The notes under the pieces: generated by a model | What the model was told of the DNA's origin: nothing | What the model saw: only the letters and a program-made list of their open reading frames with translations | The model's database searches: none | In this document: positions 25,679-35,518 of the stretch, piece after piece | Numbering within the stretch: the first letter of the stretch is position 1 | Layout of the letters: every line of letters starts with the position of its first letter | Program-made: the position numbers and the translations under genes | Assembly: GCA_964568895.1 (NCBI GenBank) | Contig: CAZMSI010000001.1 | Span: 1-43,923 of the forward strand | Length of the DNA stretch: 43,923 nt | Reading direction: 5' to 3' | From: an uncultured Sideroxydans sp. | GTDB taxonomy: Bacteria; Pseudomonadota; Gammaproteobacteria; Burkholderiales; Gallionellaceae

Positions 25679-26893
25679 ATGACTCTGCGTTTACCGATAT
25701 ACATGGACTATTCGGCCACCACGCCGGTCGATCCGCGCGTGGCCGAGGCGATGATTCCCTACCTGTGCGAGAAATTCGGCAATCCTGCTTCGCGTTCCCA
25801 TGCCTTTGGCTGGGAGGCGGAAAAGGCGGTGGAGCAGGCCCGCGAGCAGGTGGCGAAACTGGTCAACGCCGACCCCAAGGAGATCGTCTGGACTTCCGGT
25901 GCGACTGAATCCAATAATCTGGCACTGAAAGGCGCGGCGCATTTTTACAAGGGCAAGGGCAAGCACATCGTCACGGTGATGACCGAGCACAAGGCCGTGC
26001 TGGATACCGTGCGGGAACTGGAGCGCCAGGGTTTTTCCGCCACTTACCTTGATCCCGAGCCGAACGGCCTGATCGATCTGGAGAAGTTCAAGGCGGCGTT
26101 GCGCCCGGATACCATCCTGGCCTCGGTGATGCACGTCAACAACGAGATTGGTGTGATTCAGGACATTGCTGCAATCGGCGAGATCTGCCGCGAGCGCGGG
26201 ATCGTGTTTCATGTGGATTCAGCGCAGTCGGCAGGCAAGGTGGAGATCGACTTGCAGAAACTCAAGGTCGATCTGATGTCGTTCTCCGCGCACAAGATCT
26301 ACGGCCCCAAAGGCATCGGCGCATTGTACGTGCGGCGCAAGCCGCGGGTGCGGCTGGAAGCGCAGATGCACGGCGGCGGGCACGAGCGCGGCATGCGTTC
26401 CGGCACGCTGCCGACCCACCAGATCGTCGGTATGGGTGCGGCATTCGACATCGCGCGCCAGGAAATGGCGGCCGAGAACGAGCGCATTCGCATGCTGCGC
26501 GACCGTTTGTGGCAGGGGCTGTCCGGCATGGAAGAGGTTTATGTCAACGGCGACAAGGAACAACGTGTGCCGCACAACCTGAATATCAGTTTCAATTTTG
26601 TCGAAGGCGAATCGCTGATCATGGCGATCAGCGATGTGGCGGTATCCAGCGGATCGGCCTGCACTTCGGCCAGCCTGGAGCCGTCCTACGTGCTGCGTGC
26701 ACTTGGGCGCAGCGACGAACTGGCGCACAGCTCTATCCGTTTTACCGTCGGGCGTTTTACCACGGTGGAGGAAGTTGACTACGTGATCGAGCTGCTGAAG
26801 CACAAGATCGGCAAGCTGCGTGACCTGTCGCCGCTGTGGGAAATGTACAAGGATGGGGTGGATATCAACGCCATCGAGTGGGCGGCACATTAG
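25679..26893 (+). CDS. iscS: cysteine desulfurase IscS
   Basis: [18 protein letters not shown] lysine [12 protein letters not shown], active-site SSGSACTS. 404 aa. Confidence 0.97.
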   Translation: MTLRLPIYMDYSATTPVDPRVAEAMIPYLCEKFGNPASRSHAFGWEAEKAVEQAREQVAKLVNADPKEIVWTSGATESNNLALKGAAHFYKGKGKHIVTVMTEHKAVLDTVRELERQGFSATYLDPEPNGLIDLEKFKAALRPDTILASVMHVNNEIGVIQDIAAIGEICRERGIVFHVDSAQSAGKVEIDLQKLKVDLMSFSAHKIYGPKGIGALYVRRKPRVRLEAQMHGGGHERGMRSGTLPTHQIVGMGAAFDIARQEMAAENERIRMLRDRLWQGLSGMEEVYVNGDKEQRVPHNLNISFNFVEGESLIMAISDVAVSSGSACTSASLEPSYVLRALGRSDELAHSSIRFTVGRFTTVEEVDYVIELLKHKIGKLRDLSPLWEMYKDGVDINAIEWAAH

Positions 26894-26974
26894 CGAATCG
26901 CCTGTGCCCGTCTGGCGGTGTTGTCGGCCGGATAAATCATCGATTCGCTGGAATGAGATTTAAGGAGTAATAAA

Positions 26975-27391
26975 ATGGCATATAGCGAAAAAGTACTGGA
27001 GCATTACGAGAATCCGCGCAACGTCGGTTCCATGGACAAGGACGATGCGCATGTCGGTACCGGCATGGTCGGCGCGCCGGCCTGCGGCGACGTGATGAAG
27101 CTGCAGATCAAGGTGAACGAAGCTGGTGTGATCGAGGATGCGAAGTTCAAGACCTATGGTTGCGGTTCGGCCATCGCCTCGAGTTCGCTGGTGACCGAGT
27201 GGGTCAAGGGCAAGACGCTGGACGAGGCACTGGGGATCAAGAACACGCAGATTGCCGAGGAACTGGCGCTGCCGCCGGTGAAGATCCACTGCTCGATCCT
27301 GGCCGAAGATGCGATCAAGGCGGCGGTGGCCGATCTCAAGGGCAAGCGCGAAGCCGACGTGGCGGCGTGCAACGCAAACAAGGCTGCCTGA
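26975..27391 (+). CDS. iscU: Fe-S cluster assembly scaffold IscU
   Basis: [40 protein letters not shown] and [15 protein letters not shown]. Confidence 0.97.
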   Translation: MAYSEKVLEHYENPRNVGSMDKDDAHVGTGMVGAPACGDVMKLQIKVNEAGVIEDAKFKTYGCGSAIASSSLVTEWVKGKTLDEALGIKNTQIAEELALPPVKIHCSILAEDAIKAAVADLKGKREADVAACNANKAA

Positions 27392-27395
27392 AGCA

Positions 27396-27719
27396 ATGGC
27401 GATTACCCTGAGTGAAAATGCGGCAAAGCATGTGCAGAATTTCCTGACCAGGCGCGGCAAGGGCGTGGGCCTGCGTCTCGGTGTGCGCACCAGCGGTTGT
27501 TCCGGCATGGCCTACAAGCTGGAATTTGCCGACGAGGTGAGCGAAGACGACCTGCAGTTCGAGAGTCACGGCGTCACGGTGCTGGTCGATCGGCAGAGCC
27601 TGCCCTACATTGATGGCATGGAGCTGGACTTCACGCGCGAGGGATTGAACGAGGGATTCAAGTTCAACAACCCCAACGTCAAGAACGAGTGCGGTTGCGG
27701 TGAAAGTTTCTCGGTCTGA
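27396..27719 (+). CDS. iscA: iron-binding A-type carrier IscA
   Basis: [13 protein letters not shown]..., [10 protein letters not shown] and C-terminal CGCGESF. Start at Met 30 of the listed ORF. Confidence 0.95.
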   Translation: MAITLSENAAKHVQNFLTRRGKGVGLRLGVRTSGCSGMAYKLEFADEVSEDDLQFESHGVTVLVDRQSLPYIDGMELDFTREGLNEGFKFNNPNVKNECGCGESFSV

Positions 27720-28261
27720 TGCAGCCGGCTGTGTTCGACTTCCAGCAGAATTTTTTTCAGCTGTTCGGTCTGAGCACGCGTTACCGGATCGACAGCGCAC
27801 AGCTTGAGCAGCATTACCGCACCTTGCAGTCCCAGGTTCATCCGGACAAGTTCAGCCATCTCTCGGAAGTCGAGCGCCGGGTTTCGATGCAGTGGGCCAC
27901 CCGTGTCAACGAAGCCTACCAGACATTGAATAATCCGGTGCGGCGCGCACGCTACCTGCTGTTGCTGCACGACGTGGACACCCAGGAAGAGACCAACACC
28001 GCGATGCCGGCGGATTTTCTGGTACAGCAGATGGAGTGGCGCGAGGCGATCGAGGAAGCGCTGCAGGCGCGCGACGAGGATGCGCTGACCGAACTGGAAA
28101 CGCGGTTGCAGCGCGAGATGCATGAACTCGAGCACCAGCTTGCAGTTGAAATCGACGACGAGCAGCAATATGCTGCAGCGGCCGAAGCTGTACGCAAACT
28201 GAAATTCCTGGAAAAGCTTGCGGAAGAAATTCATTCCGCTTTTGATACCATTGATTATTGA
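27719..28261 (+). CDS. hscB: Fe-S co-chaperone HscB (J-protein)
   Basis: NFFQLFGL...LQSQVHPDKF J-domain. ATG overlaps the iscA TGA. Confidence 0.93.
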   Translation: MQPAVFDFQQNFFQLFGLSTRYRIDSAQLEQHYRTLQSQVHPDKFSHLSEVERRVSMQWATRVNEAYQTLNNPVRRARYLLLLHDVDTQEETNTAMPADFLVQQMEWREAIEEALQARDEDALTELETRLQREMHELEHQLAVEIDDEQQYAAAAEAVRKLKFLEKLAEEIHSAFDTIDY

Positions 28262-28275
28262 TTGAGTTCTGAACC

Positions 28276-30144
28276 GTGGCTTTACTGCAAATCTCCGAAC
28301 CTGGCCTGAGTACCGCCCCGCATGAACACCGGCTGGCAGTTGGCATCGACCTCGGTACTACCAACTCGCTGGTGGCAACCGTGCGTAACGGCATCAGTGT
28401 GGTGCTGAATGACGAACATGGCCGCACGCTGCTGCCGTCTGTGGTGCGTTATCTGCCGGACGGCGAGGTACACGTCGGTGTGAGTGCACAGCAGGAACAG
28501 AGCAAGGATCCTTCCAATACCATCGTTTCGGTCAAGCGCTTCATGGGGCGCGGCCTGGCCGACATCGACGACGCCACCAGTTTCCCTTACCGCTTTGTGG
28601 ATGCGCCGGGTATGGTGCAGTTGCGCACCGTGGCCGGGGTAAAGAGTCCGGTGGAGGTATCAGCGGAAGTGCTCAAGGCCTTGCGCAGCCGGGCCGAAGA
28701 TGCACTGGGTGGCGAACTGGTCGGCGCGGTGATCACGGTGCCCGCCTATTTCGACGATGCGCAGCGCCAGGCCACCAAGGATGCGGCAAAGCTGGCCGGA
28801 CTCAACGTGCTGCGCCTGCTCAACGAACCGACCGCCGCCGCCATTGCCTATGGCCTGGATAATGCCGCCGAAGGCGTGTATGCGGTGTACGACCTGGGGG
28901 GCGGTACGTTCGACATTTCCATCCTGCGGCTGTCGCGCGGCGTGTTCGAGGTGCTTGCCACCAATGGTGATTCTGCGCTGGGCGGCGACGACTTCGATCA
29001 GCGTCTGTATTGCTGGCTGCTGGAGAAGAATAACCTTTCCGCGCTGGATGCGCGGGATACCCGCTTGCTGCTGACCCGCTCACGAGCGGCCAAGGAAGAG
29101 CTCACCGAATATACACAGACGCGCATTACCGTTGTGCTTGGTAACGGCGAGGTAATCGACAATACGCTGGAACAGCAGGAATACCACGACATGACGCAGA
29201 ACCTGGTTGCGCGCACGCTGCAGCCGATGCGCCGCGCCCTGCGCGATGCCGGGCTGAAGTCGGAAGACGTCAAGGGCGTAGTGATGGTGGGCGGTGCCAC
29301 GCGCATGCCGCAGGTGCAGCACGCAGTGGCGGAATTCTTCAAGCAGGCGCCGCTGACCAACCTCGATCCGGACAAGGTGGTGGCATTGGGTGCGGCGATG
29401 CAGGCCAACGTACTGGCTGGCAACCGCGGCGAAGACGACTGGCTGCTGCTCGACGTGATTCCGCTCAGCCTCGGCATCGAAACCATGGGTGGCCTTTCCG
29501 AGAAGATCGTGCCGCGCAACAGCACCATACCGACTGCGCGGGCGCAGGAATTTACCACTTTCAAGGACGGTCAGACCGCAATGAGCATCCATGTGGTACA
29601 GGGCGAGCGTGAGCTGATTTCAGATTGCCGCTCGCTGGCCAAGTTCGAGCTGCGCGGCATTCCGCCGATGGTGGCAGGAGCGGCGCGCATCCGCGTCACC
29701 TTCCAGGTTGATGCGGACGGCCTGCTGAACGTCTCGGCACGCGAGATGAGCAGCGGCGTCGAAGCACACGTCACGGTCAAGCCTTCTTACGGCCTGAGCG
29801 ATGAGGAAGTCACGCGCATGCTGCAGGATTCCTATAGCCATGCGCAGGACGACATGTCGGCGCGCAGCCTGGCCGAAGCCAGGGTGGAAGGACAGCGTCT
29901 GCTGGAAGGTACGCACGCTGCTTTGCAGGAAGACGGCACCGTGCTGCTGCAGCCGCAGGAAGTACAGGCCATTGAGCAGCTCATGGAAAAACTGCAGCAG
30001 ATGCTGGCGGGAGACGATCTGCCAGCCATTCGCCGCGCTACCGATGCGCTGAACCAGGGTACGACAGAATTTGCTTCGCGCCGCATGGACTGCAGCGTGC
30101 GCAAGGCGCTCACCGGTCACCGCCTGGACGAACTGGAGACATGA
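28276..30144 (+). CDS. hscA: Fe-S chaperone HscA (Hsp70 family)
   Basis: [10 protein letters not shown]...[26 protein letters not shown] and [11 protein letters not shown] start. Confidence 0.97.
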   Translation: MALLQISEPGLSTAPHEHRLAVGIDLGTTNSLVATVRNGISVVLNDEHGRTLLPSVVRYLPDGEVHVGVSAQQEQSKDPSNTIVSVKRFMGRGLADIDDATSFPYRFVDAPGMVQLRTVAGVKSPVEVSAEVLKALRSRAEDALGGELVGAVITVPAYFDDAQRQATKDAAKLAGLNVLRLLNEPTAAAIAYGLDNAAEGVYAVYDLGGGTFDISILRLSRGVFEVLATNGDSALGGDDFDQRLYCWLLEKNNLSALDARDTRLLLTRSRAAKEELTEYTQTRITVVLGNGEVIDNTLEQQEYHDMTQNLVARTLQPMRRALRDAGLKSEDVKGVVMVGGATRMPQVQHAVAEFFKQAPLTNLDPDKVVALGAAMQANVLAGNRGEDDWLLLDVIPLSLGIETMGGLSEKIVPRNSTIPTARAQEFTTFKDGQTAMSIHVVQGERELISDCRSLAKFELRGIPPMVAGAARIRVTFQVDADGLLNVSAREMSSGVEAHVTVKPSYGLSDEEVTRMLQDSYSHAQDDMSARSLAEARVEGQRLLEGTHAALQEDGTVLLQPQEVQAIEQLMEKLQQMLAGDDLPAIRRATDALNQGTTEFASRRMDCSVRKALTGHRLDELET

Positions 30145-30932
30145 TGCCGGGCCATGATGCCGCGGTAATGGATGCCGGGTTCATCGACGGGCTGCGTGCG
30201 CGCCTCGACCACCATCCGCTCTACGAATCGCTGCACACTGTCGAGGACCTGCGCGTGTTCATGATGCACCATGTGCATTCGGTGTGGGACTTCATGTCAC
30301 TGATCAAGTATCTGCAGCACGCGGTGGCGCCGGCGCGCTGGCCGTGGCAGCCTGGCGCCGATCCCACAGTGCAGCGCTTCATCAACGAACTGGTGCTGGA
30401 AGAGGAAACCGACGAGGCGGGTCCTGCGCATCCCGGCGAATTTGTCAGCCATTTCCAGTTGTACCTGGGCGCGATGCGTGAAATCGGTGCTGATGCCGAT
30501 ACGCCGCAGCGCTTCGTTGAGCTTGCTGTGCGTGAGGGCATAACCGCCGCACTGGCTTCCGGCCTGGTGCCGGAACCGGCTTTGCGCTTTACCCGGACCA
30601 CGTTCGATTTCATCGGCAGCGACCGGCCGCATGTGGTGGCAGCGGTGCTGGCGCTGGGACGCGAGCACGTGATCCCGGCCATGTTCCGCGCCTTGCTGGC
30701 GCGTATGGGTGTCGGCGAACAGCAGGCACCGACTTTCCATTATTATCTGAAGCGTCACATCCATCTGGACGAGGATTTTCATGCGCCGCTGTCGCTGCGC
30801 CTGCTGCATGGATTGTGCGCTGGCGATCCAGCGCGCATTGCCGAAGCGCATGCTGCCGCCGAGCAGGCAGTCGCCGCGCGCGTTGCTTTCTGGGATGGCA
30901 TACTTGCCGTCCTGCCCAGTCAACAGAACTAA
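30141..30932 (+). CDS. DUF3050-like protein (haem-oxygenase-like helical fold) embedded in the isc operon
   Basis: [35 protein letters not shown]...WPWQP...[14 protein letters not shown]...[16 protein letters not shown] matches my recollection of the DUF3050 signature. ATG overlaps the hscA TGA, and fdx follows 12 nt later. Confidence 0.7.
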   Translation: MMPGHDAAVMDAGFIDGLRARLDHHPLYESLHTVEDLRVFMMHHVHSVWDFMSLIKYLQHAVAPARWPWQPGADPTVQRFINELVLEEETDEAGPAHPGEFVSHFQLYLGAMREIGADADTPQRFVELAVREGITAALASGLVPEPALRFTRTTFDFIGSDRPHVVAAVLALGREHVIPAMFRALLARMGVGEQQAPTFHYYLKRHIHLDEDFHAPLSLRLLHGLCAGDPARIAEAHAAAEQAVAARVAFWDGILAVLPSQQN

Positions 30933-30944
30933 AGTGAAAAAATC

Positions 30945-31277
30945 ATGCCCCAACTGATCGTGCTGCCTCATGAAGAACTCTGCCCACAGGGTGCGGTGCT
31001 GCAGGTAGAATCCGGCACCAGCATTTGTGATGCACTACTGAACAATGGCATCGAGATCGAGCATGCCTGCGAAAAATCCTGCGCCTGCACCACCTGTCAC
31101 GTAATCCTGCGCGAAGGCTTCGACAGCCTGGCCGAGGCAGAAGAGATTGAGGAAGACCTGCTGGACAAGGCCTGGGGGCTGGAACCGACCTCGCGCCTGA
31201 GTTGCCAGGCACTGGTCGATGGCAGCGACCTGGTGATAGAAATTCCCAAGTACACCATCAACATGGTGAAGGAGTGA
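30945..31277 (+). CDS. fdx: ISC-type [2Fe-2S] ferredoxin
   Basis: IEHACEKSCACTTCHVI...RLSCQ with adrenodoxin-type cysteine spacing. 110 aa. Confidence 0.95.
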   Translation: MPQLIVLPHEELCPQGAVLQVESGTSICDALLNNGIEIEHACEKSCACTTCHVILREGFDSLAEAEEIEEDLLDKAWGLEPTSRLSCQALVDGSDLVIEIPKYTINMVKE

Positions 31278-31281
31278 CGAG

Positions 31282-31476
31282 ATGAAATGGACTGATGTGC
31301 ACCAGATTGCCATCGCGCTGACCGACGCCTATCCTGATACCGACCCGCGCTATATCCGCTTTACCGACCTGCACGAGTGGGTGATGGGGCTGGACGGCTT
31401 CACCGACGATCCCAACCGCAGCAGCGAGAAAATTCTCGAAGGTATCCAGATGGCCTGGATCGACGAGGCCGAATGA
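31282..31476 (+). CDS. iscX: Fe-S assembly protein IscX (YfhJ)
   Basis: MKWTDVHQIAIALTDAYPDTDPRYIRFTDLHEWV, 64 aa and acidic. Confidence 0.92.
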   Translation: MKWTDVHQIAIALTDAYPDTDPRYIRFTDLHEWVMGLDGFTDDPNRSSEKILEGIQMAWIDEAE

Positions 31477-31985
31477 TGCTCAAGTGCTGTGCCAATGTTT
31501 CCAGTCGCTGGCTGTACCTGGCCGGTGCGCTAATCGTGGCCGCGCTGTTCGGCGCCGCGCTGTACCTGGAATATGTGTTGCGTCAGGACCCGTGCCCGTT
31601 GTGCATGGTGCAGAGAGTGATTTTCATCGTGATCGGCGTACTGTTCTTCATTGCCATGCTGCACAACCCGAAGCGCACCGGCAGCAAGGTATATGCCGTG
31701 CTGATCGGTCTGTTCGCGCTGTTCGGCGTGGGCGTGGCCAGTCGCCATATCTGGATACAGCACCTGCCCGCGGACAAGGTTCCGGCCTGCGGCCCGGGGC
31801 TGGATTACATGCTGCAGAACTTCCCCATGGCCGACGTGCTGAAGGAACTGATGCACGGCTCCGGCGAATGCGCGGCCAAGGGCTGGACCTTCCTCACTCT
31901 CGGCATTCCCGAATGGTCGCTGATCTGGTACCTCCTGCTCGGCATCTGGGCGGTGCTGATCGCACTTAAAGCACGCAACAATTAA
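31473..31985 (+). CDS. dsbB: disulfide bond formation protein DsbB
   Basis: Four TM helices. First periplasmic pair is DPCPLC; the second loop holds cysteines in VPACGPG and GECAAKGW. ATG overlaps the iscX TGA (gaATGATG). Confidence 0.88.
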   Translation: MMLKCCANVSSRWLYLAGALIVAALFGAALYLEYVLRQDPCPLCMVQRVIFIVIGVLFFIAMLHNPKRTGSKVYAVLIGLFALFGVGVASRHIWIQHLPADKVPACGPGLDYMLQNFPMADVLKELMHGSGECAAKGWTFLTLGIPEWSLIWYLLLGIWAVLIALKARNN

Positions 31986-32037
31986 AGAAATTTTCTGGTC
32001 GTGCAACGGAATCCCGTTGTGGTAATCTTTGCCCGCT

Positions 32038-32060
32038 ATGATTTATTTTTAATACATCAT
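32038..32060. promoter_or_regulatory. NsrR-type inverted repeat (box 4) upstream of the second HPP-family gene
   Basis: ATGATTTATTT-T-TAATACATCAT. Each half matches AAGATGTATTT at 9 of 11 positions. Lies 17 nt upstream of ATG 32077. Confidence 0.5.
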
Positions 32061-32076
32061 TAATGGGGCGTAGCGC

Positions 32077-32763
32077 ATGAATTTCCAGGACTTTCTTGCA
32101 TCGTTCAAACCGGGTTTTGATCCCGTTCCCATCAACGAAAAAATACGCAGCGGCGTTGCGGCATTTATGGGCATGCTGCTGCTTGGGTTTGCACTACATC
32201 TATTGCCGGGAACCGCGGGCTATCATCTGGCCGTTCTCGCTTCGATGGCTGCAGCGGCTGTATTGTTGTATGCGGTGCCGCACAGCCCGATGACCCAGCC
32301 ATGGCCGTTGGTATGCGGCAATCTGGTCTCCGGCCTGATCGGCTGGATCTGCAGCCTATGGATCCCCGACCCGGTTCTGGCCGCGGCCTGCGCCGTCGGA
32401 GCTGCGGTGCTGGCCATGCACCTGCTGAACTGCCTGCATCCGCCGGGCGGTGCGACGGCAATGATCATGGTGCTGGGTGCAGAGCAATTCCATCAGCACG
32501 GCTGGGAATGGCTAGCCGCCACAGTAATCGCCAATACGTTGCTGTCGCTGCTGCTGGCACTGGTTATTAACAACCTGTTGCCGGGCAGGCGCTATCCTTC
32601 GCATCGCACAACTGTGCAGCCGATGTCGCAAGGCGGAAAGTTGGATGCAATGGACATCAAGTGGGCGCTATCGCAAATGGATGGAGTGATCGACGTCAGC
32701 GAGGAAGATTTGCTGGAAATTTACCGATTGGCCTCCGGGCGCGTCAGGATGCGCACCCCATGA
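32077..32763 (+). CDS. HPP-family integral membrane protein (paralog) with a short cytoplasmic C-terminal tail
   Basis: LASMAAAAVLLYAVPHSPMTQPWP and CLHPPGGATAMIMV signatures. The C-terminal 40 aa resemble the N-terminus of the CBS protein at 12965-13576. Confidence 0.82.
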   Translation: MNFQDFLASFKPGFDPVPINEKIRSGVAAFMGMLLLGFALHLLPGTAGYHLAVLASMAAAAVLLYAVPHSPMTQPWPLVCGNLVSGLIGWICSLWIPDPVLAAACAVGAAVLAMHLLNCLHPPGGATAMIMVLGAEQFHQHGWEWLAATVIANTLLSLLLALVINNLLPGRRYPSHRTTVQPMSQGGKLDAMDIKWALSQMDGVIDVSEEDLLEIYRLASGRVRMRTP

Positions 32764-32857
32764 CACTTTACCGCAAAGATTAAATTATTTTTGCGGTGTT
32801 CCCCCGATGCCGGGCGAGGAGTAACATGGATCATTCCCCAATCGAGAGGAGGCTGCC

Positions 32858-33904
32858 ATGACCGACATCGAACAATTGCTGGCGGACGAAGCGGAGCGCC
32901 TGCTGGCGCATCGCTGTACCACCATTCCCAAGGACATGCTGCATCTGCCGGGACCGGATTACGTGGATCGCGTGGTATCGATGAAGGACCGCAAGCCCGG
33001 TGTGCTGCGCAGCCTGCAGGCCTTTTACGGACATGGGCGGCTGGCGAACACCGGCTATCTGTCACTGCTTCCGGTGGATCAGGGCGTGGAGCATTCCGGC
33101 GGCGCATCGTTCGCGCCCAACCCGATCTATTTCGATCCCGAAAGCATCGTGCAGCTAGCCATCGAGGGTGGCTGCAATGGTGTGGCTTCCACACTGGGCG
33201 TGCTGGGCTCGGTCGCGCGCAAGTATGCGCACAAGATTCCATTCCTCGTGAAGATCAACCATAACGAATTGCTGACCTATCCCAATATGTTCGACCAGAC
33301 GCTGTTCGCGAGTGTGGACCAGGCGTTCGACATGGGCGCGGTGGCGGTGGGCGCCACGGTGTTCTTCGGCTCCGAACATTCGCGCCGCCAGATCCAGGAA
33401 GTGTCGGAAGCATTCGAACACGCGCACGATCTGGGCATGGCTACCTTCCTGTGGGCGTATTTGCGCAACCCCGCGTTCAAGACTGACAAGGACTATCACG
33501 TTTCCGCCGACCTGACCGGCCAGGCCAACCATCTCGCGGCGACCATCAACGCCGATATCGTGAAACAGAAAATGGCCGAGAACAACGGCGGCTATACCGC
33601 GCTCAAGTTCGGTAAGACCAGCCCGTTGGTGTACAGCGAACTGACCTCGGACCATCCGGTCGACCTGGTGCGCTACCAGGTGGCGAACTGCTACATGGGG
33701 CGGGTCGGCATGATCAACTCGGGCGGCGCTTCGGGTAAGGACGACCTGCACCAGGCGGTACGCACTGCGGTGATCAACAAGCGTGCCGGTGGCATGGGGC
33801 TGATCTCCGGGCGCAAGGCGTTCCAGAAGCCGATGCAGGAGGGCGTGGAATTGCTCAACGCAATTCAGGATGTGTATGCCTCGGACAAGGTGACGGTGGC
33901 CTAG
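32858..33904 (+). CDS. fbaB: class I fructose-bisphosphate aldolase (FbaB type)
   Basis: Collinear along its full length with E. coli FbaB, including MTDIEQLL..., [39 protein letters not shown] and [19 protein letters not shown]. Confidence 0.95.
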   Translation: MTDIEQLLADEAERLLAHRCTTIPKDMLHLPGPDYVDRVVSMKDRKPGVLRSLQAFYGHGRLANTGYLSLLPVDQGVEHSGGASFAPNPIYFDPESIVQLAIEGGCNGVASTLGVLGSVARKYAHKIPFLVKINHNELLTYPNMFDQTLFASVDQAFDMGAVAVGATVFFGSEHSRRQIQEVSEAFEHAHDLGMATFLWAYLRNPAFKTDKDYHVSADLTGQANHLAATINADIVKQKMAENNGGYTALKFGKTSPLVYSELTSDHPVDLVRYQVANCYMGRVGMINSGGASGKDDLHQAVRTAVINKRAGGMGLISGRKAFQKPMQEGVELLNAIQDVYASDKVTVA

Positions 33905-33916
33905 GGAAGGGTTGCG

Positions 33917-34447
33917 GTGCCGACAAGACTGGTTTTCTGCCTGTTGCTGCTGGTGCCTTCTCTGGCTGTGGCCACGGTATACAAGTGCGACGACAACGGC
34001 AAGGTTACCTATAGCGCAACGCCGTGCGGAGACAATGCCCGGCGCCTGCCCGAAGCGGGCGGCGACCAGCCGCAACAGGATCCGCAGGGAATGACCATGA
34101 CCCTCTACCTGAGGGCGGATCACAGTTTCCGTGTGCCCGGAACGATCAATAGCCACTCGGTCGAATTCGTGGTCGATACCGGTGCGTCGTCCACCGTAAT
34201 TTCGCAGCGCACGGCCAAAGCCGTCGGGATCAAGGCTTGTACCGGCCTGGGTTATTCGTCAACCGCGAACGGTGTGGTACGCAACTGCGTGGCAACGGTA
34301 CCGAAACTTTCATTCGGCACATTCCATCTAAACAACCTGATGGTGACGATACTGCCCAACCTGGCGGTCGATGGCCTGCTCGGCATGGATGTGCTGCGCC
34401 GCATGAAGGTAGAGCAGCGCGGCGATGTCATGTACATTTCCAATTGA
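33917..34447 (+). CDS. retropepsin-like aspartic protease with N-terminal DUF4124-like segment
   Basis: Signal peptide, VYKCDDNGKVTYSATPC (DUF4124-like), and FVVDTGASSTVIS with the aspartic protease D-T-G-A motif. GTG start. Confidence 0.8.
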   Translation: MPTRLVFCLLLLVPSLAVATVYKCDDNGKVTYSATPCGDNARRLPEAGGDQPQQDPQGMTMTLYLRADHSFRVPGTINSHSVEFVVDTGASSTVISQRTAKAVGIKACTGLGYSSTANGVVRNCVATVPKLSFGTFHLNNLMVTILPNLAVDGLLGMDVLRRMKVEQRGDVMYISN

Positions 34448-34490
34448 GTACCGAGGTATGGTGGCACCGTTGAACACGAGAGGATGATTT

Positions 34491-35342
34491 ATGAAAAAGA
34501 ATACGGTAATTGCAGTTGTCGTCCTGCTGGCAGTTGCTGCAGGCGGCTACTTCTATTGGCAAGGCAACCAGCCTGAACCGGCGGCACCTGCTCCGACACC
34601 TGCTCCGGCTCCGATCAAACCGGCACCCCCGCCGCCACCGCCACCGCCGGTACAACAGGTTGTCGAAGCCCCACCGGCACCGCCCAAGCTGCCCAAGCTT
34701 TCGGAGAGCGACAGTTTCGTGCTCGATGCCATCGCTGACCTGGTCAACAACAAAACGTTGATGAAGCTGTTCAATACCGAACGCATCATCCACAACATCG
34801 TCGCCACCGTCGACAACCTGCCGCGCAAGCGTGCGCCATACAGAGTGATGCCGGTGAAGCGGGTGCATGGCCTGTTCCTCACCGAAGGCACGGAGGAAAA
34901 CCGGACCATCAGCCCGAAGAATGCCGCCCGTTACCGGGCCTACGCGAAGATTGCCGAAGTGATCGATGCCAAAAAGCTGGTCGGGCTTTACGTGCGCCTG
35001 TATCCGCTGTTCCAGGAGGCATACGAAGAGCTCGGCTATCCACATAAATATTTCAACGACCGCCTGATGTTCGTGATCGACCACCTGCTGGCCGCGCCTG
35101 AACCCAAGGGGCCGATCGAATTGGTGCAACCCCACGTGCTTTACCAGTTTGCCGATGCCGACCTGGAATCGCGCTCGGCCGGGCAGAAAATACTGATGCG
35201 CATCGGTAGCAGGAACGAGGCAACGGTCAAGGCCAAGTTGCGCGCGATCAAGCAGGAACTATTGCTGCACATGCACGACAAGAAGGTGGAGGGCGCCGGC
35301 ATGCCGGCCTCGTCACCGACGGAACAGCCAGAACAAAAGTGA
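34491..35342 (+). CDS. DUF3014 family protein (N-terminal anchor, Pro-rich linker)
   Basis: TM anchor, a PAPxP / PPPPPPPP linker, then SESDSFVLDAIADLV...ATVDNLPRKR..., typical of DUF3014 as I recall it. Confidence 0.7.
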   Translation: MKKNTVIAVVVLLAVAAGGYFYWQGNQPEPAAPAPTPAPAPIKPAPPPPPPPPVQQVVEAPPAPPKLPKLSESDSFVLDAIADLVNNKTLMKLFNTERIIHNIVATVDNLPRKRAPYRVMPVKRVHGLFLTEGTEENRTISPKNAARYRAYAKIAEVIDAKKLVGLYVRLYPLFQEAYEELGYPHKYFNDRLMFVIDHLLAAPEPKGPIELVQPHVLYQFADADLESRSAGQKILMRIGSRNEATVKAKLRAIKQELLLHMHDKKVEGAGMPASSPTEQPEQK

Positions 35343-35513
35343 CAGCAGCAGCGAGACGACGATGCTGGTGGTCAGCGGGAAATAAAAGTCGAAGCCTTCC
35401 CGCTTGATATGGATGTCGCCGGGCAGGTGGCCGAGGCCAAGCCTGACGACCCACGGCCACAGCAGTCCGATCAGGATGAGTATAGCGCCTGCGATGATCA
35501 GCCACTTTGCCAT
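35313..35513 (-). CDS. DUF2905 family small membrane protein
   Basis: MAKWLIIAGAILILIGLLWPW...LPGDIHIKREGFDFYFPLTTSIVVSLLLSLL, 66 aa. Lies 5 nt downstream of serB. Its 3' end overlaps the convergent DUF3014 gene by 30 nt. Confidence 0.75.
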   Translation of the reverse strand: MAKWLIIAGAILILIGLLWPWVVRLGLGHLPGDIHIKREGFDFYFPLTTSIVVSLLLSLLFWLFRR

Positions 35514-35518
35514 CTCGC

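Noticed and set aside
32770-32797. Hairpin accgcaaa-(12 nt)-tttgcggt after the second HPP gene, and caacgg-aatc-ccgttg at 32004-32019 after dsbB, as terminators
   Set aside because: The stems are short, one loop is large, and there is no proper trailing T-run. The evidence is too weak to annotate.
34560-34700. Repetitive CCG/CCA/GCA-rich DNA in the DUF3014 gene, and the acidic/Pro-rich tail of MlaA at 829-1040
   Set aside because: These are low-complexity protein linkers (PAPxP, poly-Pro, D/E-rich) inside intact reading frames. They are not tandem DNA repeats or CRISPR-like structures.
35313-35342. 30-nt convergent overlap of the DUF3014 and DUF2905 genes, and the 10-nt overlap of ClC and the thioesterase at 22281-22290
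   Set aside because: Short 3'-end overlaps of convergent genes are common in compact genomes, and no additional signal was seen.
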